A stretch of 64,000 nucleotides of DNA, taken from positions 25,048,001 to 25,112,000 of the forward strand of contig JAQFVV010000003.1 in the NCBI GenBank assembly GCA_028023455.1, given 5' to 3'. Numbering within the stretch: position 1 is the stretch's first letter; every line of letters begins with the position of its first letter. The position numbers and the translations under genes were made by a program. This document shows positions 39,366 to 52,786 of the stretch, in pieces. The notes below the pieces were generated by a model, which saw nothing but the letters and a program-made list of their open reading frames with translations, was not told the DNA's origin and searched no databases. The DNA is from Epiperipatus broadwayi (taxonomy: Eukaryota > Animalia > Onychophora).

Positions 39366-40944
39366 TATATATATATTTTCTTTTGAAAAGTTCTAAGTCT
39401 GAAATTGCATAACTTGGAAATTATTTAAAGGCAGCTCATATTCTATAATAATTCAAACTTCCAAAAAGTGTTAAAATTAACAAATAAATCAAATACCCCT
39501 CCTCCTTAGCATAATTTCTGCTAGCATCTCAAACATAAAACTAAAGAGCTACATCATAAAATAAAACCTTTTATATTTAGAAAAACTCAAGCAAACATTA
39601 TTACTGTACTTCAAACAATATTACTTAGGGAATAGTATTTAGTCGTTCAGGAGTTGTTGATTTCAATCAATTAATTTTCAAAAAATTAATTCTTTTTTTA
39701 AACTTCTTATCTAATTCCGTTTTTTTTTTTGTACAATTTTAATAAAAATTTACTTCTAAGAGGAGGTCTAAAAATTCTTTTAGTGGATTTAATTCTTTTC
39801 CATGAAGCATGCAGATAAAAATTAAACAGACCGAGTTAGTGAGACTTAACATTTCAGAATATGCAGATCAATCTAATAAAATTAGAAAACCATTTACTAT
39901 CAAAAACTACGACCAATTTTTTTTTTTTTTAAAGTGTTAATAAGTATCTTATTTAATCACTTGAATCTTACTCTCCCCTTAATTTTAAAGTCATAAAAGA
40001 CATGATTTGTTAGTAATATTGACTCTGAGATAAACAAAAAATCTTGTAGTGTTTGAATATATTTTAAAACATGTTCAACTCAAATGTATAATTTCGTATT
40101 TTCGTTTATTGTTGTTTAGAATATACATTATAATATGCAACACAGTATATATATTAAAACAGCATATTTAATTATAATTGCGCCATACTAATTTTGAAGG
40201 CAAAAAGGTGGGTTAGAAAGAAAATTAATTGCTCTAAAAATCTGACAGGTCGTGTTATCACCTGACTTTATTTAAAGCTTAATTGTTGATTACTCGACTC
40301 CCTTTCAACATCGATAAAAAATGATTTAGAAGTATAAAAAATAGACAAGTGCAGGGTGATGGTAATTATCAGACTAACCTTAATTACTCTGAAGATGGAG
40401 TAAACAGTAAATTAACTATTCATTTGAAATTTTATACTAGCCTTTTCTGGAAGTCAAAAAAAAAAAAGGGGGGGGTACTTTTAGAAGCGTTAACCTTTGC
40501 CTTCCCCTTGGCCAAAAAATATATTCCGTTTAATTAATACTTTGAGTATTAACCGAATTTTTATTTTTAATGAGGAACGTTTTTGTGATCACAGTTTGGG
40601 AACTTTATTGCTAAACCTATGTGTGCCTCTATACTTACTGCATATATATTCATAGTTTGCAATTCAAAATTTGTTTTTAATGTTCTGATTTACACACACA
40701 TATATATAGTGTTTCACTTGTATCTATGATCATTTGATTCCAAGTTCCATAGATAATTCTGAACATTATGTAATATATATCTTTATCATACAAATGTATA
40801 ATTCTGCTTTTAATGCTAAACTAGTAATTATAAATAAAGTACAAATACTAACATTGACTATATTAGCCAAAGGAATATATTAACAACTTAAATCACACTC
40901 ATGGTCAATTTAGGCCTTTTTAAGTGTAAATACAATACACAAAA

Positions 40945-41545
40945 GGGGTTGCTCCAAAATTCTGATAACTTTTAGTTCAAAATCCTAATAATCTAAAACC
41001 CCATCAATTAAAATCCAACAGCTTAAGATTCGACAACGTAAAATCATGAAAACGTAAAACATTGTGAATCAGAACACAACATTAATTCTATTATGAAACT
41101 ACTCATATAAAAACTTAATTTCAAATAGAAATAATTTGCTTTGTATATATCAAGTTAAATTTGTGTGTTCCCTGCCTTGATGTTAAAATATTTAAAAAGA
41201 TACTGTTAAATACAAAATATAATTTTATTATTAATAGATATAAAACAAAGTATTTATTTGTTGACATTTTATGTTTTGGGGATTTCAGATTGTCAAGATT
41301 TTAATCTAGTATTGTATTAAAAGTTATTTCCATTTTTCAAATTTTATAAAAATCAAGAATATCACAGACAGGAAAACAATTGTTAATTATCCGTTGTCAT
41401 TTTAGATTTCCATGATTTCAAACTGTCAAAATTTTCACTATTGGCTTTAGCTATTGATTTTCATTGCTGGGATTTTGAACTATTGGCATTTTCATTGTCA
41501 GAATTTTGTGATGTCAGGATTTTTGCTGTTGTGGTTATAGCTTCT
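40945..41545. repeat. Fold-back MITE-like element built of short AAAATC/GATTTT subrepeats
   Basis: The left half is rich in AAAATCC/AAAATTC and the right half in GGATTTT/GAATTTT. Termini and TSD are unclear. Confidence 0.45.
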
Positions 41546-42074
41546 CAAGATTTACATTCTACAAAATATTTACAAACTATCCATAATTCCATTTTACCCT
41601 CCATATTAAAAAAAAAGCAACAATTACTGCTTAATTTTTATCTCTGTTAAATAATAAGTATTAAAAATATTATAATTATACATTTTAATATTTTATTATG
41701 CTTTGATTAATAATGTTTGTAAGATATAGCAGTTATCTTTAATCTTTTTTAAAGATCAACAATAGCAAGTCCTTTTTTAACAAAAAGGTAGCATTAAAAT
41801 TATTTTATCACTATCTTCCAGAAAAATCAAATCAAATCATGGACGTAGAAAAAAAACATGGTATTCACAAGCAATTATTTTTTAATTTACAGATACAGAA
41901 TTATATTTATTTTTAGTTTTACTTTTAAATGAATCTATATACGTGCTATTGACCATTTCTCTGTACTGATTGTAATTAATAGTATGTAACCATATTTCTA
42001 TCCTTTAATTTACATGCATAGTAACTATCATAATAATATTTCCTATTTTTTTCCTTTTTTGTTTATCTTTGTTT

Positions 42075-42234
42075 TATCATCATCATCATCATCATTATTA
42101 TTATTATTATTTAAAGTTGTAATTATAAATTTATTTAAACGCACATTGATTACGTAAATAATATTCATTAAGGCTGTAGCCTCAAGCACATGCGTATAAA
42201 ATGCGATAGTAGGGATCTCTACAGGTCTTAAAAC

Positions 42235-42282
<48 letters not shown>
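42075..42282. repeat. (ATC)n(ATT)n and (ATT)n microsatellites flanking a 130-bp CpG-containing spacer
   Basis: Directly visible. Confidence 0.85.
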
Positions 42283-42679
42283 GGTATTAAAAAGATTATA
42301 CTTGTTTATAAATGCCTTCAAATGATTATAAATGGTTCTAAGATAATAAAATCTAGTGATCCTAAAAATTCAAAGTATGCCTCTCATAATTTTTCCCCAG
42401 ATTATATAAATTGCAACACAATAAAATTTGGACTGATTGTAGTTTGCCTGTAATGATTATATATTTGAATATCATTTTTAATGCAATAAAAAAAATTAAT
42501 ACTCCCTGATGCATTTATTGTAAGTAGTCTAAAGTTAAACATTTCCTATTTGTGATATAAGATCATTAATATTTTGATATAGCATTAACAAAAAAATTTA
42601 ATGAAGTGTATTGACGAGCAACTTACTTCACTTTGTGACCATTTTTTTAGACAGAATTTCTATAAGATTCTTAAAACTT

Positions 42680-42990
42680 TTGATTAAATAGAGAAATGAA
42701 GTAAAAAGAATTCCTCTATTAATAAATATTTAAGATTCTGAAGCAATTTAACTTGTTTAAAAGTTCTTTTAATATTAAGGGTGTATGGGAGATAAGTGGA
42801 ATTGTGGGTAATGTTTTATATAAATGTGTTGTTATTTTGTAATTCTTTGCACTTGAGAAATCTGCTTGTAACTGTGAAACTAATAGTGTTTTTAGAGTTT
42901 ATTTTCTTGGCAAGTTTGGTTGAGTTCCGAATTTGGAATATTTTTGATTGTTTATTGACTAGGTTAGCTTTATATTTTTAATGTTTAAAT
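42680..42990 (+). mobile_element. Penelope family C 3' fragment (GIY-YIG tail + pseudo-LTR)
   Basis: Aligns to 53230-53485. Decayed HHR variant CAC-TTGAGAA-ATCTGC-TTGTA-ACTGT-GAAAC at ~42850-42880. Confidence 0.75.
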
Positions 42991-43414
42991 CTACATTTGT
43001 TATATAAGTTTATATATAGTTAAAATTTTAACTAAGTTTGCTACTGAAATTTTTACAATAACATAATAATACATAATGGAAAAAATAAAACATTGAATGA
43101 TCCATAAAATTAACATACCATAAAAATATTAAGGCTAAAAAAGTATAATAATTAGCATAAATAATAAAAAAATAAAGAATTTAAATATTTCTGTAGTTAA
43201 TTATTTAAAATTCATTCATAAATTGTATATTTAGATAGGTTAGTTTTAAAATTAAAACATTATTAATATTCCAAACATATTGTACACTAAATAACAACAA
43301 TAACAACAAAAAAAGATAAATAAATATATTTTGGTTATTATGTTTTTTTAATCACAGTTTCTAATCTAGCCTTTCTTATATACATTTAGGGATCTTTTTT
43401 CCTAATAAAATAAA

Positions 43415-44612
43415 ATTAAATCACTAAACATCACATGTTCACCATTTCTTATGCTTATTCAAGCTGTTAAAACAGGCAAAACTCTCCATATGGTAGTGCC
43501 CCTCAGTGCAATCCAGAGTAATCAATGGATGCAGGAAGATTTGTGCATAAAATCATTATCTAGTGCTGACTCATCCAATATCCCCAGGCTAGTTTCTAGC
43601 TTTCATCAGTGAGGAGCCTTGGATCAGAGCACTGCACCTAGATCTTAGGATTTTATGCACAAACCTTCTTGCATCCATTGATTACTCTGCTTGCACTGAA
43701 TGGCACTATTTTATGGAGAGTTTTACCTGTTTAAACAGCTTGAGCAATCATAAAAAATGGTAATCATGTGATGTTTAGTGGTTTAAGACCAATCCTGCCT
43801 AATAGGGTAATGGTGGCTATGGTTATTAAAGAATCAAAGACACCAAAATGTATGTGTACTGAACTGAGTTCAGACCTATATGGCTATATAAGCTAATGAG
43901 CTTGGATTAAAAATATTACATTTTCAATTTTAGACTTATAGTTTTGTAATTAAGTAGAGGTAAAAGGTGGCTGCTGGAGAGTTGCATTAGATGCTAAGAT
44001 CTAAATGCAGAGTTCTCATATCCAAGACTTCTCACTGATGAAAACCACAAGCTAAAAACTAGTCTTGGAATATTGGATGAGTAGGCACTAAATAGGGATT
44101 TTATGCACAAATCTTCTTTCATCCATTGATTATTCTGACTTGCATTGAGTGGCACTAATGTATGGAGAGTTTTGTCTGTTTTATTAACAGCTTGAACAAA
44201 CATAAGAAATGGTGATCAGGTCTGTTTAGTGGTTTAATACCAACCCTGTCTAATAGAATAGTGGTGGCTATTACTATTAAAGAATCAAAGACATCAAAAT
44301 GTATGGGTACTGGACAGAGTTCAGACCTATATAAGCTAATGAGCTTGGATTGAAAATATTATGTTTTCAATTTTAGACTCATAGTTTTGTAGTTAAGTAG
44401 AGATAAAAGATGGCTGCTGGAGAGTTGCATTAGATCCTAAGATTTAGATGCAGTGCAAGGCTCCTCACTAATGAAAGCCATAAGCCAGAAACTAGTCTGG
44501 GTATATTGGATGAATAGGCACTAGATAGGGATTTTATGCACAACCTTCTGGCATCCATTGATTACTCTGGCTTGTACTGAGTGGCACTACTGTATGGAGA
44601 GTTTTTCCTGTT
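43415..44612 (+). mobile_element. HHR family A array: inverted copy (43415-43650) followed by ~2.2 head-to-tail non-coding monomers
   Basis: GG(G)ATTTTATGCAC recurs at ~43647, 44096 and 44528 (periods ~449 and ~432). HHR GUC triplets lie at 44062-44064 and 44495-44497, and a minus-strand HHR lies at ~43581-43618. Confidence 0.9.
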
Positions 44613-45417
44613 AAAGCAATTATTTATTAATAATTTGTTTTCAATTATTTGCTTTAATAAAAACATTTATACTTCATTTATAAATGTTAGAAAAAAAACA
44701 TATTGAAGTGGTTAGAATTACACATGCACATACATGTATATATAAAAACTGCATGAAAAAATTATAATTATTTGCCAACTTCTTTTATAAATCAATATTA
44801 AAAAATATAATTCAAATTAATTAAAACAACATAATTCCTTTTATAATTAAAATTACTTTTGCATCAAAATAATATTTTAATATAATGTTTAAATATGATA
44901 ATTAAAATTAAACATACCCTAGCCTATCTCCAAGTTTGATATCTCATTTAAAACCATAGAAATTTATCTACAAGATGTTCTAACATGCATGCACAGTGTG
45001 CATTGTTTCTTTAAGGACTTTTACAAAGGTGACTAATTTTAAATGCTGATGATGAGGTAAACATTAAATGAAAAAAGATTTTTAATAAATTTAATATAAA
45101 AAAAATTAATTTAATAACTAATGTGGAACTTGGGCTTCTATAAAGTTTATAACTGTTCCTACATTTAGAATTATAACAGGGATGATAAGCCATAAACCAT
45201 TTTCTGAATCTAATCATGATCTCTATTTCATTTTAAAATAACTAATTTTGAGAAACCATTTTCACATAAGTATGTTGATACAACTTGAATTAAAATTTTC
45301 ATTGTTTTTTTTTTTTTCAGTTTAGAATAATCATTTCCAAATGATAACTAAATTTCTGACAGGTTAAACTAATCCAAATGTGAATGATTTGGTTTTATGA
45401 TCGGACATAAATGTGTT

Positions 45418-46069
45418 GTTTTATTATGGATATTTTCCCACTGGTAGATTATTATAAAAAATAAGATGCATTATTATATATATATTTTATTTTTACCTTT
45501 AAAAAGAAAAAAACTTATTCTTTACTACTAAACATAAATTTCTTAAGAATTCCATAACCATTGATGTAGCACTTATATATAGGAAAAAAATTTAATGTCT
45601 GAAATTATATCTTAAAAGTTAAAATATATGATCATTTACAGTTATGCTGCATTTAATGAAAAATGCTCAAAATTATTGCAACTAACATAATAATAATTTT
45701 AAAAAAATTACTTATTGATGATTAAGTTGTGGTGTTGAGATTACTTATAAACATATAAATTGTTTTTTTTGTTTTTTTTTGTGGTAGGTGATCAATGATT
45801 ATTTTCTTTTCATGTGAATGATATAATACACTAATTTCAATAATAATTTTTTTTTTGAAAACGTTTAAAGTATATATAGTGCATTATATATAAAGAAAAA
45901 ATTCAATATTTTTTATTGCACAAAATTTTCAATTAATCCTTATTTCCTTCTATTCTTATGATAGTCCTATTTCCACTTTAAGATAATTTATTATTAATGA
46001 TCATTTCTGATCCTCAATAACTTTTCAAAATGGATATCTTCACATTGTAACATAGGTAGGGTTTTCAAG
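45418..46069 (+). repeat. ~650-bp direct duplication, copy 1
   Basis: Near-identical to 49632-50280 from GTTTTATTATGGATATTTTCCC to GTAGGGTTTTCAAG, with only scattered substitutions and homopolymer indels. Confidence 0.95.
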
Positions 46070-47864
46070 GGGAAAGATGAATATTGTAAGAATAAATAAA
46101 GTTTGTGCAAGTAAAATATACACATTCTTAAATGTAACAATGTGCACAACCATACAGCATGGGAAAATGATTATAAATAATATATATGACAATAACTAAT
46201 ATAATAATATGGATATCTATATACATTGGTACACATCCTAATGCTGTTCACATTATTGATTATATATATGCTTAACATAAATTCTCATTTATGATGATGA
46301 TTAAACCAATCATTTCTCATATTGAAAATAGCATGTGATTAAGGGTTATATTTTTTGACTATCATCATTTCTCAAAAGAAATAAAACCAATATGGAGAAA
46401 TGATCTAATTTTCTAAAGGTAGCTTTAATTTATTTTGATCTCCTACGATTTTGGGTGCCAAATCTTTACTTTAGAGAACTACATTGCAGATATAAATTTG
46501 AATTCCTTCTAGGTTTTACTAAATTTCCATTAATTAGCACTGATTCTTGCTCATGGAAGCAAAGATATTTTATATAATATCCTAAAAACTTATTAAGCTA
46601 ATTTTATATCCAGAACATTATAGAATGTGAGATTGAGAATTAAATGGAAATTGGCCAGGATTAAATTTAACAACTGCTTTATTAATCTAATATATAAAAA
46701 TAACAAATACACATTAAACTTTCTATGACAGTCAAATTTACAAAATAAATTGACTTAAAAATAGAAGGTTGATAAGGCGTTTTATGAATGCTTTAAAAAA
46801 ATATTTTGTAAAATATTTTATTCACCAATTTTAAATATGGGGATATCTTTACTATCATTTTTAGAACTCTGCTGAAATTGATAATTGCATATAAATGTTT
46901 TAAATATCTCATAAATAATAAATGAAATTCAGTTTTTTCTCCTATCAAATATATTTTAATAATTAGGAAGAATAATCTATACCAAATTTATATATTAAGT
47001 GAACAAATAAAATAAAATAAAATTTAATATGAACTTTCCTTATTAAATACATTTTTAAATATTGAAAGTGTCATTTACAAATTTATTTATTATAAATAAA
47101 ATAAGACATGAAAATTTGATATTTATATGATAAATAATAAAAGAGAGAGAAAACAATATTTCTCAAAGCTTTTCCCAATATTTTTTATCAGTATATTTTT
47201 TATTTCATATACAAATGACTCATAATTTTCAACTATCACTTTAATTAATGAAATGAACTTAAATGTTTTTTTATTCTGGTTTGCAGGAGTTTCTTCATGG
47301 GCACATTTCAGGTTTTCTGCAATTGTCATATCTTACACACATTAGCTTTTTTTTTTTAATTTATTTGAATAATGATGATAAATTTGTCACAGTATATATC
47401 ATATACTAGTAGCATTCACTTTTAATGAAGTGTTGGCTAATTTTTTTTAAATCTCAAAAGATTCCATGATCAAAGATTATACTATTTGTAGACTACATAT
47501 ATAAATGATTTCTGAATCACTCAATTGTTAGAAACATATTCTGATTGCAAATATTTTTTTTATTTAAATATAAGAGATTACTTTTTTACTTCATCTTGTG
47601 ACTATTATTTGAAATATAATAAATATTATATATTCTATCATTATACTAAACCATTTTACCTGATAATTAATAAAATTTATATGGAAATGAAAATGTTTAG
47701 ATTTCCGAATCACTTTTATTTAAATATTTTGTATAAAAAATGATACATAACTATTAATTTATCTAAAAATTATTGTCTTATAATACTTACAATAATTCTG
47801 CAGTATTTATATAGTATATAATTTTATTTATCAGTTATATTCAGGGATAATGCTATAGATTGTT

Positions 47865-47940
47865 TGGTACAGTGCAGTGGTTAAAGCATTCATGCCTGGA
47901 GTATTGGGTACAATGATCAATTCTGATGCAGCCTCAAAAT
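47865..47940 (+). mobile_element. Possible tRNA-derived SINE head remnant
   Basis: A-box-like GTGCAGTGGTTAAAGC and degenerate B-box GATCAATTC. Confidence 0.3.
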
Positions 47941-49631
47941 TTTTCTTTATTTTTAAAATTGATATTTTCTTCTTTATTTTTTTCATTTTAATAGCAATAT
48001 TATTTTTTTTGATAGATGTTTTACTAATGTGCTTTTCCTTGGATTTGGACTTGTAGAGTTTGTTATCTATCTAAAAACTGGTAATTGATTCATAATATTA
48101 CCCAAATATATCCAAATATTGATTTTTGATTGTGGGTTTGCCACCTACTTTAGTTACATAACAGCTTAAATTCAAGGAAGACAGAATTAGTAAAAAACAA
48201 ATCCATACTTTTTAAAAAAAGATATGTGCGAAAATATTTAATTCTTAAGAAATTTGATTATAGTGACTTAAGAGCACTCCATTGAATGTAATGACCATAT
48301 AACATTATTTGAAAGTTTTTCTAATTGTCGCTGTATTGGGAAAATGCCTAAAACAAAACCAAGTGTTTGATTTATTTTTTTTAGTTACTCAATTTTATCA
48401 TTAAAAGAAAGTATAAATGCATGTTAATGCATTTTAAAAATTTATCAAAAAAACAAGGTTTGAAAATTTTAAATATCAAACTATATATAATAAAGCATAC
48501 TTATTAATAGAGGAATAACATGCACATAAACAATTAAATAACAGTGTAAATATTTTAATATTTGAAGGAATATGTGAATAGAATATGTGAATGAAAAATT
48601 GACATGCTGGTTAAAGTTGACCTAAATATTAATAAAGAAATCTTAAGAGACATATCAGCCATATTATAAGTATTGTACTTCAAAAAAGATAATAGAGACA
48701 AGCTATAATGTAAGGAATAAAGATAGCACTCAATTTCCCACTAGCTATGCTGCAAAATTGTCTAGAGTTTGGAGACAAAGGAATAGAAGATGCCACTAAA
48801 TGTTGGGAAAATTGTATTCTGGCTGTAGATAATATTTTTAATAAGCAGGGGGTGAACTAGAAGTAGAATTACTTATATAATATCAGAGCCGGCCTGAAAA
48901 AGGAAAGGGGGGGGGGGTAGTGTAATGCTTTCATATGTGTGTAAGATATTTTAAATATGATTAAACATTTAGATATTTAAAGAATATCTTATTTGCAGAT
49001 ATGTCCTATTTCTACTATCAATTCATAAAATTATCCAAAAAAAAATAATATAAAAACTTGAAAGAAAAAATCATAAAAAATTAAAATTTTCAAATTCAAT
49101 AAATTTCCATTTAGTTATTAAATAAATATTTTTGTTTTAAGGTACTATTTAATTATTGTTATAAAAATTATTTTTTCAAACATTAATTTGTTTTATTTTA
49201 GTATGTGTGTTTTAATCTCCAGGTTTATTTTATAGAAATAAATTAATAAAAGACGTAAGGTATTTACCAAACATGTTAAATGACTAAAGCCATATTTTCA
49301 AGTTTTTCTTGTAAAAGGACTGCAGAAAAGTTTTTTAATTTACAAATTTTATTTCATGGGCTAGGAGATGGATGTGCTCAAATTTATCTTGCACAAAAAT
49401 ATCTCTTATCCATGCAGTGGGAATGAACATTTGAATCTAAATACAAAGATTTTTATATGTATATTAAGTCATAGTTGTATAATAGACTTCTTACATTCAT
49501 TTGCAACTTTAAATCAATTAAAATAACATTTTGATTGAGAATGACTATTGTGATTGAGATCAAACCAAACACCACCTTAAACATCATTTAATGTTTTCAT
49601 CATTATGACATGATTCAAAACTTCAGTTAAA

Positions 49632-50280
49632 GTTTTATTATGGATATTTTCCCACTGGTAGATTATTATAAAAAATAAGATGAATTATTATATGTATATT
49701 TTATTTTTACCTTTAAAAAGAAAAAAACTTATTCTTTACTACTAAACATAAATTTCTTAAGAATTCCATAATCATTGATGTAGCACTTAGATATAGGAAA
49801 AAAATTTAATGTCTGAAATTATATCTTAAAAGTTAAAATATATGAACATTTACAGTTATGCTGCATTTAATGAAAAACGCTCAAAATTATTGCAACTAAC
49901 ATAATAATAATTTTTAAAAAATTACTTATTGATGATTAAATTGTGGTGTTGAGATTACTTATAAACATATAAATTGTTTTTTTTTTTTTTTGTGGTAGGT
50001 GATCAATGATTATTTTCTTTTCATGTGAATGATATAATACACTAATTTCAATAATAATTTTTTTTTTGAAAACGTTTAAAGTATATATAGTGCATTATAT
50101 ATAAAGAAAAAATTCAATATTTTTTATTGCACAAAATTTTCAATTAATCCTTATTTCCTGTTATTCTTATGATAATCCTATTTCCACTTTAAGATAATTT
50201 ATTATTAATGATCATTTCTGATCCTCAATAACTTTTCAAAATGGATATCTTCACATTGTAACATAGGTAGGGTTTTCAAG
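49632..50280 (+). repeat. ~650-bp direct duplication, copy 2
   Basis: See 45418-46069. Confidence 0.95.
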
Positions 50281-50635
50281 TGGTGAAATAAGAGTTTGAT
50301 GTACTGGATCTGCTGATGATGTGGATGTGATCACTGATAGGAGGGTGAATTTGGCTATCAGGACTGAGAACATGTGGCAACATAAAACTTAAGCCATGAA
50401 AATTAATGGGTCACTAAATGTGTTAATTAAAATTAGAAATTAATTAAGGTTTTTAAATATTTAGAAAGTTTATTAAATGATAACAGGAAAAATGATAAGA
50501 AAAAATAAAAATGTCCATAATTAAGAGTAGAAAATAGATTTGTGAACTACACAAACTAGAATTGAAAACTAACTGTTGCTTTGTATTAAATGTGGTTCTG
50601 TATAGAACAGGAAATTGAAGTATTAAAAAAAAAAT
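50281..50635 (+). mobile_element. Degenerate LINE RT fragment ending in an A-rich tail
   Basis: GSADDVDVI (YADD-like) and FKYLESLL (FKYLGS-like). A-run plus (TAA)n at ~50625-50648. Confidence 0.5.
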
Positions 50636-52510
50636 AATAATAATAATTAGATTTTTTTTTTTAAAAAAATAACTGAGAAAATATCTACTTTCATAATTTT
50701 TTAAAATAAATTAAAAAAATTAGATCAAACATATTTTTAGAGTTTGTGGAGTAATAAAAAATTATATTAAAGAAGATATGATTACAATTTTAAAAAGGCT
50801 TTAAATTTCCCCTTGCAGTGTAGGGATTTTTCCAATAGTCCTATCTTCTCCTGTTATTCACCAGATTTCCAATTTCTGTATAACAATTTTTTATTCTTAT
50901 TTAGCCTCTAAACTAAGAATAAAAGATATCCATTTACTGGTCAAATTTAGAGAGATAATCCTAAGCTTTATTAAAATAAATAGTCTCAAACATTACTTGT
51001 TCTACATGTAAAACAAGTCATAGGAATAACAAGAAAATGATGTTTCCACTGCATCACAAATAAAGAGAAGTATATAAGTTCATATGGATAGTGATAAGTA
51101 AGTCTTCTTTCAGCAGTGATGGTTGTTAATAAAATGTTTCACTTTGTTTTTATTTGATAGTAATGTATGCTGTAAATGTAAGCAGAAAGCATGCACTTTA
51201 TATATACATACACACACACAAGCATACAAAATTAAAAATTTCTAAACTCTTTTCATTTATAATAATCCACATAAAACAATAATATCCTTTATTTCATTGA
51301 CCTAGCTATGGAAACAGTGATTAACTGTACTAGATCACAGTACTGACATTTGTATTTATTTCTCAAACATCACAAACATTTACATTATTTTTTTGAACAT
51401 ATACTTATAGCCACACATAAATATATATAAACAATTCCCAAGATGCTTTTCAATATAAGTTTTCATCAGTGAACCTATCACTTTACATAATTCCGATACC
51501 AATGTCATTTTTCTTTATCTTTAAAATGAATATTGTAGAGTTGGTCTTCTTTGTAGACATCAAAAGCACTACTCTAGTGCATCCTACAGATCACCCAGAT
51601 TTTATTATTTTTATAAACCTTCAGGCTAACCATATACTAAATGCAATAACATATACATAACAAATATAAATTAATATCTTATATATAATTTTTAATAATT
51701 ACTTATAAAAGTTTTATAATGAAGTAACTTCTTAATTAAATATATTTGTTTAATCATATTCTTTTAATTAAAAACAATAACTGTGAACATTGACATATGT
51801 AAGATGATTTTGATCAAATGAGATTAGTTTCAGTTGAAAAATATCTTGGAAGTTTGTTTTTCCTGTAGCTAAAGCTATAATTTGATTGTTTGTGATAGTA
51901 TTTGAAAAATATATGACTTAGTACATGAGTAAATATGGTGTTAAAATGTTATACATTAATAAATACTAATTAGACATTATTTAATCTTCACTATAAAATG
52001 AAAATACAATGTTGGTCCCAATAACATGAGCAAAATGGTTCCAGAATTTTTTATAAATCAAGAATCTTATATTAAAAATAAGTAATTATAATGTTTTTCT
52101 ATAAGAAAAAAAAATTCTAGTTACTATAAATTCAAAATGTCATAAACTTTGAATATTTGATATAAAAAAACACACACACAATTTGAATTTGAAAAAAATA
52201 ATAATTAATGAATAAACAATGAACTAAACTTATTATTACGTGTGATGTTTATTGGCATAAACATTAACCTATTTGTTTACTAATAAACCCAACACAGCTC
52301 CTATGTGTTTTTATAGTAGAAATTTTAAGCATTTTAGGTTGTTGTCATTTTGAAATTACATCAGCAAGAAAATTAAGTCTTTAAATTAAAATAAAACATA
52401 TATATATATATATGTGTTAATATTAAAAGCATAAAGATAAACTATCATTAAATAATCAAAATTATTCCAAATTCACAATTCAACCAGACTAGCCAAGAAA
52501 ATAAACTCTA

Positions 52511-52557
52511 AAACACTACCAATGGTTTCACTGCTACAAGCAGACTTTTCAAGTGAA
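52511..52557 (-). ncRNA. Type I hammerhead motif, family C, U3-A8 core variant, apparently intact
   Basis: CAC-TTGAAAA-GTCTGC-TTGTA-GCAGT-GAA-ACC-ATT-GGT-A-GTG. GUA triplet, short stem I CAC/GTG. Confidence 0.6.
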
Positions 52558-52603
52558 AAGAACTACAAAATAACATATTTAAGCTAAACATTACCCACCC
52601 TTC

Positions 52604-52786
52604 GAAGACCACAAGCCAGAAACTAGTCTGGGGATATTGGATGAGTAGGCACTAAATAGGAATTTTATGTACAAGCCTTCTGGCATTCATTGATTACTCT
52701 GGTTGGCACTGAGTGGCACTACTATATGGTGAGTTTTGTCTGTTTTAATAACAGTAATGTGCTAGCATAAGAAATAGTGATCATGT
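52604..52786 (+). mobile_element. HHR family A copy inserted into the Penelope C fragment
   Basis: GAAGACCACAAGCCAGAAACTAGTCTGGGG... through AGAAATAGTGATCATGT. About 25 bp of the family C target is missing relative to 53305-53335. Confidence 0.85.
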
